Below are positions 1-9,706 of a stretch of 38,145 bases of DNA, in pieces (within the stretch, counting starts at the first letter, position 1; every line of letters starts with the position of its first letter). The notes below the pieces were generated by a model. It made no database searches. It saw only the letters and a program-made list of their open reading frames with translations, and had not been told where the DNA came from. A program made the translations under genes and the position numbers. Origin of the DNA: Saprolegnia diclina VS20 (taxonomy: Eukaryota); NCBI RefSeq assembly GCF_000281045.1, contig NW_008246128.1, forward strand, positions 132,346 through 170,490, written 5' to 3'.

Positions 1-781
1 GCAAGAATGTGTCAATGTATAGTCGCTTTTGACACGTTGTCGAAACGGAATTCCTCTCTTCTTGTAGTTACGGTGCCAATGCTCGGCAGCACAGACCTAC
101 TCGCTCATCCGCGCGCTCGAGCAAGTACATGCGTACGCCGCAGCGCGATCCAAGGTCAAGCTCGACTTAGGCAAGAATGTCGACTTTGCGGGGGTGTTGG
201 ACACAGCGGCGACTGATCTAGACCAACAGACTTTGATGCATTGGAGCTCAGAAATGGCTTTATGGATTCGGTGTACACTAGCGCTTGCACGAGGCAACGC
301 AAGTTATTGAAGTCAATGAGGCTGTCACGAATGTTGACGCTCAGCGGGTCCATGGGCACTCTAGCTTTGGCTAGTGCGGTTGCCACGAGGCTGGCTGCAC
401 TTGCTTCCATCCGGTCTCGCCGAGATCGAGGCGTTCGAGTCCCTTGGCTATCCAGGACGGCAACGCGTATGCGATGGCCGCAGCACTGCGTCGCCCAACG
501 ACGTTCTTGTCCACTCGAGCTGCTCCAGGCGGTCGGCCGTTGCCGCCCAGCGCAAGAGTGCGCAGATCGCGCTCTTTGGAAGCTGCATGCGCTCCCCCGC
601 GACGCACCGCAGCGACAAGCTTGGCGTCAGCAAGAGCTTCGTATCGTCGAAGACGCCGCCAGATTGCGACACGTCTCGCACGTTTGGGAACAAGCCGATG
701 GTGTTGGGCACCGTGCATATCGAGCTCGCAGTGCCTTCTAGCGCAAGCGTCGTCAGCACCGTCGACCGCAGCGAGGAATGA
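1..781 (+). CDS. Possible 3' end of an unidentified spliced gene
   Basis: GT..AG intron-like segment near 17-68 and an open frame ending at TGA 779-781. No recognisable motif. Confidence 0.25.
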
Positions 782-1904
782 AGCGGCCCGACGTTGACGG
801 CGGCCTTGTCATCGTAGAGGTAAAGCGGCGGGATAAATCACGTATGTGGGCGAGATACCGGTTGGTGTTGATGGAAAGCCGTGTGATTTGCGGCCCCCAG
901 CGCTCGACGAGCCACGGGAACGACGCGGGCGCCCACTCGACCGCCATCCGAGCACTACCATGCGAGGCCGTCGCCGCACCTCCGACTCGCTCGGTAACGT
1001 GACGCGCACGGTGCGAAAGGTGCTGGGCGCGGCGATCGCAATGACCATGCTGTCATTGGGTGTGGTCTCTTGAGGCGAAGCTTCGGGCCAGAGGTTTGCA
1101 TTGTGAACGCGAGGTTAGCTGCAGTAGCGCAGTCAGAGGCGGCTCCTGCGCCGACGGTGACAGCGCGCGCAGAAAGGACACGACGTCATGGAGCAGCGGA
1201 AGGAGCTGCACGCTCGTCACGACGTCGGCCACGTAGCCAGCCTGACCTTGATCGCCATGTCGGTCTGCGACACGCCGGTAACGCCCAATGACACCGTTTC
1301 CCATCAATTCCACGCGTGAGAAATGAAGTGGCACGGTGTGAAATAGAAAACCACCATGCCAATCAAAACCACTTGGACGATGCCACGACCGCACGACCGT
1401 CCAGAAGCAGAGACAGGAGCGACCATGCGCTTGGTACCAGAAGACCCCGCTGGGTGATGTCCTTGCGCAATACTGCCCATCCTTCTAGACATGCGTCCTT
1501 CGAGCTGCTCCACGCACTCGAGCCCCAGACCGCCGAGGCTATCGTGGTGCCTCGTCGGTCTTGCCATGCTATGCTATGTGAAGAGCTGATGATCCGCATG
1601 ATATTCTTCACTGCTAGCGCCGGCGTGGTAGACCCTCTGCCTACCTTGCGAACGGCAGATATCTCTGTTACTGCCGATAGTGTAGTTGGATAGCAAGATG
1701 GCTATGGCGAGCGATCATTCCTTGTCGAACCTCCTGCACCGGACGGCGCCATCCGTTGACGTGCAATCACCACAACAGCCACGCTGTGTGCGCCCAAGGA
1801 GAAGTCCACACCATCGTTACGCGCGCCGCTTTTATCGCCATTGAAGGCGCCACCAACGCTGGTGCATGACGCGCTTGCGCCCGAGTACACTTGCATTGAT
1901 GGTG

Positions 1905-3485
1905 CAGCGAGCTCGAGTTGCGGCTCCAGACGCGCATGGTGCTGCTCGACGTCGTCGACAACCGCGTCCAATACCAAATCCATCCATTTGACAAGGTGTT
2001 TGAATCCAATTCGCTTATTAACTATACACAAGGTGTCTAGGTCGGTGAGCTTGCGATTTCGATGGTGCCGGATGCGTCCAAGGACGTCTACCACACGTGG
2101 CACGAGTTCCCGATCGACGACTACAGCGCATGTCTTGCATGGTTTGAGACACACGACGCCACGGTACAGTATTTTGCTCAAGACCCTTGAGTTTCATCAT
2201 CTTTTATAGATGACGGGCGCCGCGCTCGAGTTGCTTCAGGAGCATGCGTCGGATGCAGCGTTGGTTGCTGCGATCGTCGAGCGCACCAAGATTTTTGCTC
2301 GCACTCGCCCGCATCTAAAGACGTGGATCGTCACGTCGTTGATGGCGTCGGGGTAAAATCCGCTTTTACTTGTCGCGATCTGTTCTTGTTGCGGGGGTAG
2401 GCACTGTGTCGGCATGTGCGGTGACGGCACCAATGACTGCGGTGCGCTCAAGGCCGCGCACATCGGCCTCGCGCTCTCAGACGCCGAAGCGTCGCTTGGT
2501 ATTTTCAACTTGATATTGACTCGATATTTTGACCACTGCTGTGGTTGTGGCTCCGTTTACGAGCCGACACAAACACATTGAAGACGTTGTGACCCTCCTT
2601 TGCGAAGGTCGTTGTGCGCTCATGACGTCGCTTCTCTCGTTCAAGTACATGCTGTTGTATCCCATCATCGAGACGAGTCTCATCTCGGTCATCAATTCGT
2701 ACCAAGCGTCGCTTTCCAACAACCAGGTTCGTTGTTCTATTTTTATTTCTTATTCTTAGTGAACTAATGGTGTCTAGTACCTCTGCGACGACCTCTTTAT
2801 CGTGCTGGGGCTCTCACTGCTCATGCTACAAACGGGGCCGGCGCGCCGCCTCGCGCGCGAGCGCCCACCCGACTCGCTCTTTGCCCGCATCGTGGTCGCC
2901 CACCCGACTCGCTCTTTGCCCGCATCGTGGTCGCCTCGCTTCTTGGGCATTTGCTCTTGTTTGCGCTCTTTTTGAGCCTGCCCTTTCTCATTGCCACGTC
3001 GTCCGAGTGGTTTTGCTCGCTCAATGACGTGGCCGCAAGAGCTGCTAGAAGTACGTCCCCGACGAGTCGGGGGACATGAAGGTCCACGCCTACGAAGTGT
3101 CGATCGCGTTTGCGTCGGGTACGTTCGGTTTTTAGGGTTAGAGAAACGAGACCGGGATTAGGGTACTGGTTTTACATTACGCTCGCCATGGTCTTCAACT
3201 GGAACGGACCGTTCCGCGCCAGTATCTCCTCCAACTGGCCGTTTGTGCTCTACGTGGTGACGTGTGCTGGCGTCGCGCTGAGCCTCGTGCTGCTACCAGG
3301 TACTACGATGCTGCCGCGTGTGGACGAGGAAATTGAGCCTGTTTATAACGAAACCACTAGACAAGAACGCCATCGCCGAGCTCTTGGGCACGCCGCTGCC
3401 AACGTCGTTCAGCTACCAGATGTTTGGCCTTATGATGGTCTACACCGTCGTGGCGTCGGTCTACGAGCGCATTTTGCACCGCTGA
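1905..3485 (+). pseudogene. Degenerate P5-type (ATP13A-like) P-type ATPase, C-terminal half
   Basis: Spliced translation gives [61 protein letters not shown] and ERPPDSL. It is disrupted by a 35-bp tandem duplication (2862-2931) and an in-frame TAG at 3046-3048. I found no DKTGT or TGDN motif upstream. The 5' limit is uncertain. Confidence 0.8.
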
Positions 3486-3528
3486 TATCGCATGACTCGA
3501 TATTTTCAAACAACATGTACAAAGGATA

Positions 3529-3597
3529 CTGTAGTGCTGTGCAATGAGAGCAGTGTCGTACCTCTTGCTTTGCGATTGGCTGCTTGTTCGGAGATGG
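3529..3597 (+). repeat. 69-bp direct repeat, copy 1 (cut by N gap)
   Basis: Matches 6214-6282 at 64 of 69 bases by manual alignment. Confidence 0.9.
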
Positions 3598-4046
3598 NNN
3601 NNNNNNNNNNNNNNNNNNNNNNNNNNNNNNNNNNNNNNNNNNNNNNNNNNNNNNNNNNNNNNNNNNNNNNNNNNNNNNNNNNNNNNNNNNNNNNNNNNNN
3701 NNNNNNNNNNNNNNNNNNNNNNNNNNNNNNNNNNNNNNNNNNNNNNNNNNNNNNNNNNNNNNNNNNNNNNNNNNNNNNNNNNNNNNNNNNNNNNNNNNNN
3801 NNNNNNNNNNNNNNNNNNNNNNNNNNNNNNNNNNNNNNNNNNNNNNNNNNNNNNNNNNNNNNNNNNNNNNNNNNNNNNNNNNNNNNNNNNNNNNNNNNNN
3901 NNNNNNNNNNNNNNNNNNNNNNNNNNNNNNNNNNNNNNNNNNNNNNNNNNNNNNNNNNNNNNNNNNNNNNNNNNNNNNNNNNNNNNNNNNNNNNNNNNNN
4001 NNNNNNNNNNNNNNNNNNNNNNNNNNNNNNNNNNNNNNNNNNCAAT

Positions 4047-4085
4047 TTTCGAAGGCTAGCTGGCCTATTTCGAAGGCTAGCTGGC
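4047..4085 (+). repeat. Tandem repeat with 21-bp period at a gap edge
   Basis: tttcgaaggctagctggc occurs at 4047 and 4068. Confidence 0.75.
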
Positions 4086-4461
4086 ATCAAATATCTGGTC
4101 GCCAACGAAGGCGAAGGTCAAGTACCAGATGTAAACGGTATCGGGCGTCGCGTCGCTGGGTACCGCACACGTCACGCATCGCGCACGAAAACCATGCGTT
4201 ACCTACCTCGGATTCACCATCGACGCCAGGAAGCTCAATACATTACGCTAGCCACGCGACAGCAAGGCTGCGTAGCTGCTGGTGCCCATCTTGTGCGATT
4301 TCAGGCATATATCGTGTTGGCATGACAGGGCTTTCGTACATTATTGAAGCAATCTCGCCGCTACACAGGCCCCACTTGACCTCAACATGTGTTGTGACGG
4401 CGGCACGGTACACTGTACCTTCGGTGCGACTGCCACGAGGTCACATTTTCCTTCTTGCAGC

Positions 4462-6189
4462 ATGCCGGGGACACCACCAAAGCAACAAGGTGTGTGGTTG
4501 CTCGACCCAAAGGAGTTCGAGTATCACGCGTCACCAGACACCGACACGGCCGTGCTCGACCTCGGCAAACTCTGCACCTACGACGACCCGCAAGAAACGT
4601 TCACTGAGCGCCACGACGGCGCGCTCCGCGAAGGTGGCGCCGTCCCGCTCACGTCGACCGAAGCGTGGGCCGTTCTAAGCCAGTACGCTGGTGTCGGCAT
4701 CTTCCTCGGTGTCTTCCCGGCCATGGCGTACCCTGTTTTCCAAAACTACCTCCGCATGCAAGGCTACCAAGTGCAGTCGTACCAAGCGCTCATGCGCCTC
4801 AGTTGGTGCGTCAAGATCTTTCTTGGGCTTCTCTCCGACTGTATTCCCGTACGCGGGTACCGCCGGCGCCCGTATATCATGCTCGGGTGGCTCATTGCGT
4901 CGATTTCGTGCCTCATCATGGTCTTTCTTCCATTTCCTGACCCATACTACGGCAAGGCGTCGCTCGTCAACAAGCCGATCGCCAACATTTCCGTCGAAGA
5001 CCAGCGCCAATTCATGAACCTCTCGGCGCCCAACAGCGCCGGTATCTTTGTCATGCTCTCTGCGATTGCCACGTTTGGCTCGGTCATGGTCGTCTGCGCC
5101 GCCGATGGGCTCACGGTCGAGTACGCCCAGCGCGAGCCCGCCGCGACGCGTGGTCGGTTCCAGACCATGATTTACGTGGTCCGCGACTCGACCAAGATTT
5201 TGCCGCAGATCGCGGTTGGCCTGTGTATGAACAGCTTCCAGTACGCGGGGCATTACGACTGGAGCATCACGCCGAATGTTGTCTACGGCGCGCTCCTCGT
5301 GCCGTGTGGCATTTGCTTGACGACCTCGGCGTTTTGGATGGTCGAGCAAAAGGTGCGGCCGTTCACACTCGCGAGCTACTTTCAGTCGCTTTGGCAGCTC
5401 ATCCAGCTCCGCGTCGTGTGGCAACTGTGCATGTACCTGCTTTTGAGTCAAATTTTCCTCTTTTTCGAAGAGACGGTCACGACGCCGATCCAGACGCTCT
5501 GGCTGCAGCTCGACCCGGTCTTTGAAGTTTTGTGGGGGCCCGTCGGCATTCTTGGCGGCTGCCTCTACTCGGGGGTCATGTTCTTCCGCGGCAAGTGGAC
5601 GCTCGAGTGGGACTGGCGCCGGACGATCATCTACAGCACAATCACGCTCGTCTCGATCGACGCGATCTTCAAGCTCACGTCGGTCTGGGCCGTGGTGCGG
5701 AATCCCTACTACTTTGTCATTGGCAAGTCCCTGCTCCAGATTCCCCGCGCGATCGTCTTTCTCTCGGGCGCCTACCCGCTGGTCGAGATCGCCGACATGG
5801 GCAACGAAGGCGCCGTGTATGCGCTCGCCGGTACCTGCGGCAACCTCGGCGTCCCGTTCGGCACAGTCCTCTACAAGACGGTCGACTCGTTCTTCCATGT
5901 GTCGATCAATGACATCCAAGTCGACGACACGTTTGTGCGCTGGGAGGTCTCGTACTGCTATCTCATTTCGTTCAGCGCCAAGCTCTTTTCACTGGCGTTT
6001 CTGGGCCTCTTCCCGCGCCAGAAGGCGCACGTGCACCTCCTCAAGCGCCGCGGCGAGTCGAGCAGAGTCGCGGGTACCATCATGGTCGTGAGCTTTGTGC
6101 TTTTGCTCATTTACTCGATCGTCACCAACATCCTTCCGTTCTATAAAGCTACGTCGTGCCTCCGCATTGCCGGCGGCCGTGGCTGCTAA
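4462..6189 (+). CDS. Folate-biopterin transporter (FBT/BT1) family MFS membrane protein
   Basis: Intronless multi-TM ORF with GALREGG, GLLSDCIPVRGYRRRPYIMLGW, VEYAQREP..TRG.FQT, GNEGAVYAL and C-terminal CLRIAGGRGC, typical of oomycete FBT proteins. ATG 4462 is preferred over the ORF-track start at 4387. Confidence 0.88.
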   Translation: MPGTPPKQQGVWLLDPKEFEYHASPDTDTAVLDLGKLCTYDDPQETFTERHDGALREGGAVPLTSTEAWAVLSQYAGVGIFLGVFPAMAYPVFQNYLRMQGYQVQSYQALMRLSWCVKIFLGLLSDCIPVRGYRRRPYIMLGWLIASISCLIMVFLPFPDPYYGKASLVNKPIANISVEDQRQFMNLSAPNSAGIFVMLSAIATFGSVMVVCAADGLTVEYAQREPAATRGRFQTMIYVVRDSTKILPQIAVGLCMNSFQYAGHYDWSITPNVVYGALLVPCGICLTTSAFWMVEQKVRPFTLASYFQSLWQLIQLRVVWQLCMYLLLSQIFLFFEETVTTPIQTLWLQLDPVFEVLWGPVGILGGCLYSGVMFFRGKWTLEWDWRRTIIYSTITLVSIDAIFKLTSVWAVVRNPYYFVIGKSLLQIPRAIVFLSGAYPLVEIADMGNEGAVYALAGTCGNLGVPFGTVLYKTVDSFFHVSINDIQVDDTFVRWEVSYCYLISFSAKLFSLAFLGLFPRQKAHVHLLKRRGESSRVAGTIMVVSFVLLLIYSIVTNILPFYKATSCLRIAGGRGC

Positions 6190-6213
6190 GACGATTTCTA
6201 AAGTTTTGATTGT

Positions 6214-6282
6214 CTGTAGTGCAGTACAATGCGAGCAGTGTTGTACCTGTTGCTTTGCGATTGGCTGCTTGTTCGGAGATGG
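6214..6282 (+). repeat. 69-bp direct repeat, copy 2
   Basis: Matches 3529-3597 and lies 25 bp after the FBT stop codon. Confidence 0.9.
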
Positions 6283-6429
6283 TACATTCGTCGTTTTGAT
6301 ATCTCTCTCTTGCAATGCCGTGTGTGGACGTACTTATCCTGACGCGAGGGGCTATTCCACGCAGCATAACTATCAGTATGGTTATCTCTTGAACTAGTCG
6401 AGTCAATGCTAGCAAGAACAGCTAATACA

Positions 6430-6535
6430 TCTACTATTAATAGGAGTAGATTACAGCATGAAGGCCACGTCATTCCACCAATGGAAGGTCCGAGAACCCT
6501 CACGAATCTCTCAAGGGTGAGGTTAAAATCCCTAG
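6430..6535 (+). mobile_element. Candidate non-autonomous mini-Helitron
   Basis: A|TCTACTATTAATAG 5' end, imperfect hairpin 6495-6524, then CTAG|T at 6532-6536. Confidence 0.45.
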
Positions 6536-6610
6536 TTCTATGTACAACATCGTCAAAATAAATTATAGGTCCTAGTCTGTTATCTAGTCGCCATGGCGTC
6601 GATGCATGAT

Positions 6611-7921
6611 CTACACACTTGTCGCCGGCACGAGTGCGCGGCCGGGGGGACCCCGAGGCCGACGGCGTCGCGTTGGCCGTGGGCTAACTCCATCGTCGTT
6701 CGTGGTTTGCGGGTCACGCACTAATGTACAGCCTTAGCTCGCTAATTCATATCAATTCCATCAAAGTGATATCATACCGCGGTAGACGACCCCAGTTTTG
6801 GTAGCTGCCCGGGGCCTTGCACGTGCCGCCGGTGGCGTCGCCGTCTCTGGTAGTGCGCTCGCACTGGATGGCGGTGGCGACACATCTTGATGCTGCGCAA
6901 TCATTCGCTGCAGCATCATCCAGTCGTGCACAAGCGTGTTCGACCCCAAGGTCTCTGCGTCTGCGGAAATTGAAGTCGCCGCTCGTGCCTTATCGTCGTC
7001 GCTTGCGGACGACGACGACGTGTCGTCCTCGAGTACCTTGTACGCATTGGTCGCCGCAGCATACGGTGACGCGTGGCTGCGTGGCGTTGGCTCCTTGCCT
7101 CGCTTGCGGGTCGACGCCGACGCAGGACAGGGCTTGGGGCGGCGCAACGTCTCGGTGGCCGTGTCACTGTCTTCCTCGGGGGCCGCAGCCACCTTGATCG
7201 ACGGCGCCGTGTCGACACGAAGCGTGACCTTGTGGGCGCGGTTGTTGGAAATTCGTGGCTCCTTGGCGACCATGGGCTTGGGAATAGTGTTGTTTTTGCT
7301 GGGCTTGGGAATAGTGTTGTTTTTGCTGGTGTTGTTGCCAGAGGTGGAGTTAGGCAACTGCTGGACCCGTGGCGTGACCGCCCCCAGACGCTGCATGTGC
7401 TCGGCGCTGGGCAAAAACTCTGTACCGACAAACGTAAACGTGATGCAGTTGGCTCGGATCCACGCCTCGGTGAGCTCGCGGCCGTGAAATTGCATCTACC
7501 ACATGTGAAAACCCACAATTTGAGTTGAAAATTGGTGGCAAAAATGTACCTTTTTGGCCACGTGATCGCGAAACATGTCGTTCGTGACGACGTAGCCGTT
7601 GTGCTTCATGGCGTAGTCGATCATGAAGAAGTCATCGTGTGCCTGAGGCGGTGTCAGGACGATCTTCTCGGCCTCTACAAGAGCTTGCACGAGCGCCATC
7701 TCGGCCCGCTGGTCGCTTTCCATCTCAGCAGAGCACTGCCGCGTCCGCGGCGTCGACGTCTTGGACCGGAGCCAATAGCCGGGCGCAAAGGCAATGACGC
7801 GCACGCCGAGCGCGTCAAAATGATCCAAGGCACTCTGGAGGCGGTCGGTGCGCACGGTGCCGCGCACGAGGGTCGCAATGTTGGCAGCGTCCAGCACAAC
7901 GACGGGACCCGTCGTCTTCAT
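6611..7921 (-). CDS. Zc3h12a/Regnase/N4BP1-like NYN (PIN-fold) ribonuclease with low-complexity C-terminal tail, 3 exons
   Basis: VVVLDAANIA, IVLTPPQAHDD and YVVTNDMFRDH motifs. Introns 7496-7549 and 6721-6777 have GT-AG ends and keep the frame to TAG at 6611. Confidence 0.85.
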
Positions 7922-8038
7922 ATCGATCTCGTGGTTTGTAAATGCGGAATGGTTGCTCCTCAGTCACGTAGCGATCGAAATCGAAAACAATGGCCACCGG
8001 CTGCGTTTGGTGCTATTTTTAGCCGCTTCACTGCGCTG

Positions 8039-8105
8039 ATTGGCCGCGACAAAGATTGAGCGGCACGTGATTGGTTCGGCTGTCAGAGCACTGGATGGGG
8101 ATTGG
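8039..8105 (-). promoter_or_regulatory. Three CCAAT boxes at 31-bp spacing in a divergent promoter region
   Basis: ATTGG at 8039, 8070 and 8101, between the divergent NYN and PH genes. Confidence 0.55.
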
Positions 8106-8654
8106 TCGCATTTTGATGCGCAAGTTTCAACTCCACCATAGATCTCGGCCGCCACCTTCAAGGTCAAACGCTTGTTACTTGCAAGTTTAGGGTTCATCCA
8201 GGCACTGCATGGACGCGCAGCGGGTATACATGTACTGAGAATATCTAGATGGAGGCGCCCGCTGTTTACACCGAGTTTTGAGCAGAGTGGATAGCTCGTT
8301 TGATATGTAATCACGACCACCCGGTAGTTCCAGTCACTACAAACGTCATGCGGAATGTGTACACAATAACACATAGTAATGTGCAGAAGTACGGTGGGTC
8401 AAGGTACTGGCGCAAGCGACAGCAATGTCGTCTGCTGCATCGGATACCTTGTGCTTGTGGTCGCTGCAAGAGGCGCCGCAACAAAATGGCACAAAAATAG
8501 AGTGGACGCTTGATTTCTCTGCTGTTGACACGTACGAGTTCTTATCGCAATGCTTACTACTGAACTTTACTCTGTTGAGCCGTTGGTTGTGTAGGGTTAC
8601 TGACGTGCAGGCGACATCGACTCTTGATTTGTTCACATTTACCAGTGCCTATAC

Positions 8655-9566
8655 ATGTTGCGTCGTCTTTTGAATGGTGCAGGAGTAAACACGCAGAGTT
8701 GTGTGTCCGGCATTACGCACCTCTCGTGTGGCTTGCGAGCACACCAACATTCCCACACGCCGTTGCAGCATGCAGCGCAACGAGTCTCCTTGACCCTTCT
8801 TCGCTCAGTTTGCCATTTGCAGCGTACCAATGCAGTGCCTCGCGACCGAAGCACGGCCCCGACGTCGCTCTTTTTGACAACGCGCATGCGACGCTTCCTC
8901 TTGGTGCGTTTCCAGCCCGTGAGCTACCAATTAAAGCGGTACTTTGTCCTCACACAAAACGTTCTCTCGTACGAAGAGTGCGACCGCAACGGTCGACCGC
9001 TCGACCGCGTCGATATTCCCGTCTCCAGTATCAACGCCGTGCGACTCGGTGGGGCGTCCCACGCACGCCTCGACACCCGCGCGTCCGCGATCGACGTCAT
9101 CACAGCACACAATGGGACGCTTCAGCTCCGCCCCGAGTTGGCGACCGATTGGGGGGCGTGGGCGCAGGCGCTGTGCAGTGTGGTGCCATCGCGCTGCGTC
9201 GACCCCGCCTTGCGGGACCGCTTTCAACTACCCGACGTCGACCATGTGGATGTATCGCTCTTGCTGCTTGCCGACGACACGGTCGGTGACGCCGTCGACA
9301 CTATTGTACACGCCTACCACAGCCGCCTCAACGCTCCGCTGCGGACCGACTGTGACATGAGCAACTACGTGCTGTGTATGACGGACAATGACGTGAGCTT
9401 GGCCAATCGACAGCGCTTGTTGTGCACCTACGAGCACGTGCGCTACTGCATGGCGTCGTTGCAGCCGCTCCGCGTCACGGTGACGCTCGCCACAGACTAC
9501 GTGTTAGCGCGTGACGAGACCTTCGTCGATCCGTACGACGCGTCCATTTACACATCATGTCAGTAG
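8655..9566 (+). CDS. PH domain plus PI3K-type Ras-binding-domain-like protein (start uncertain; ATG 8886 or upstream exons possible)
   Basis: PH-like KRYFVLTQNVLSY...WGAWAQAL, followed by NYVLCM...LCTYEHVRYCM..LQPLRVTV, resembling the PI3K RBD C-terminal pattern. Confidence 0.65.
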   Translation: MLRRLLNGAGVNTQSCVSGITHLSCGLRAHQHSHTPLQHAAQRVSLTLLRSVCHLQRTNAVPRDRSTAPTSLFLTTRMRRFLLVRFQPVSYQLKRYFVLTQNVLSYEECDRNGRPLDRVDIPVSSINAVRLGGASHARLDTRASAIDVITAHNGTLQLRPELATDWGAWAQALCSVVPSRCVDPALRDRFQLPDVDHVDVSLLLLADDTVGDAVDTIVHAYHSRLNAPLRTDCDMSNYVLCMTDNDVSLANRQRLLCTYEHVRYCMASLQPLRVTVTLATDYVLARDETFVDPYDASIYTSCQ

Positions 9567-9706
9567 CGAGGTATCCACATAACTCGCCACGAATATACGA
9601 ATATATGATTGGAATACTAGAGTACTAGAGTGTCTGCGTTCATGGAAAGAATCCAGCAACACGACAAATTCACGCCAGCACATGTTCATCTATTTAGACA
9701 AGCCAT

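Noticed and set aside
846..1900. Possible N-terminal exons of the P5 ATPase
   Set aside because: There is one hydrophobic stretch but no diagnostic motif and no consistent frame I could reconstruct.
3131..3140. Telomere-like TTTAGGG (also ttaggg near 30355)
   Set aside because: Single units only, compatible with chance.
3492..4678. Long ORFs crossing N runs (also near 17511-18581, 29477-30270 and 30403-31416)
   Set aside because: Artefacts of translating assembly gaps as X.
4675..5919. Long antisense ORFs over real genes (also 28466-29263, 31988-32818, 34536-35363, 35814-36557)
   Set aside because: Expected shadows of GC-rich codon usage on the coding strand. They carry no motifs.
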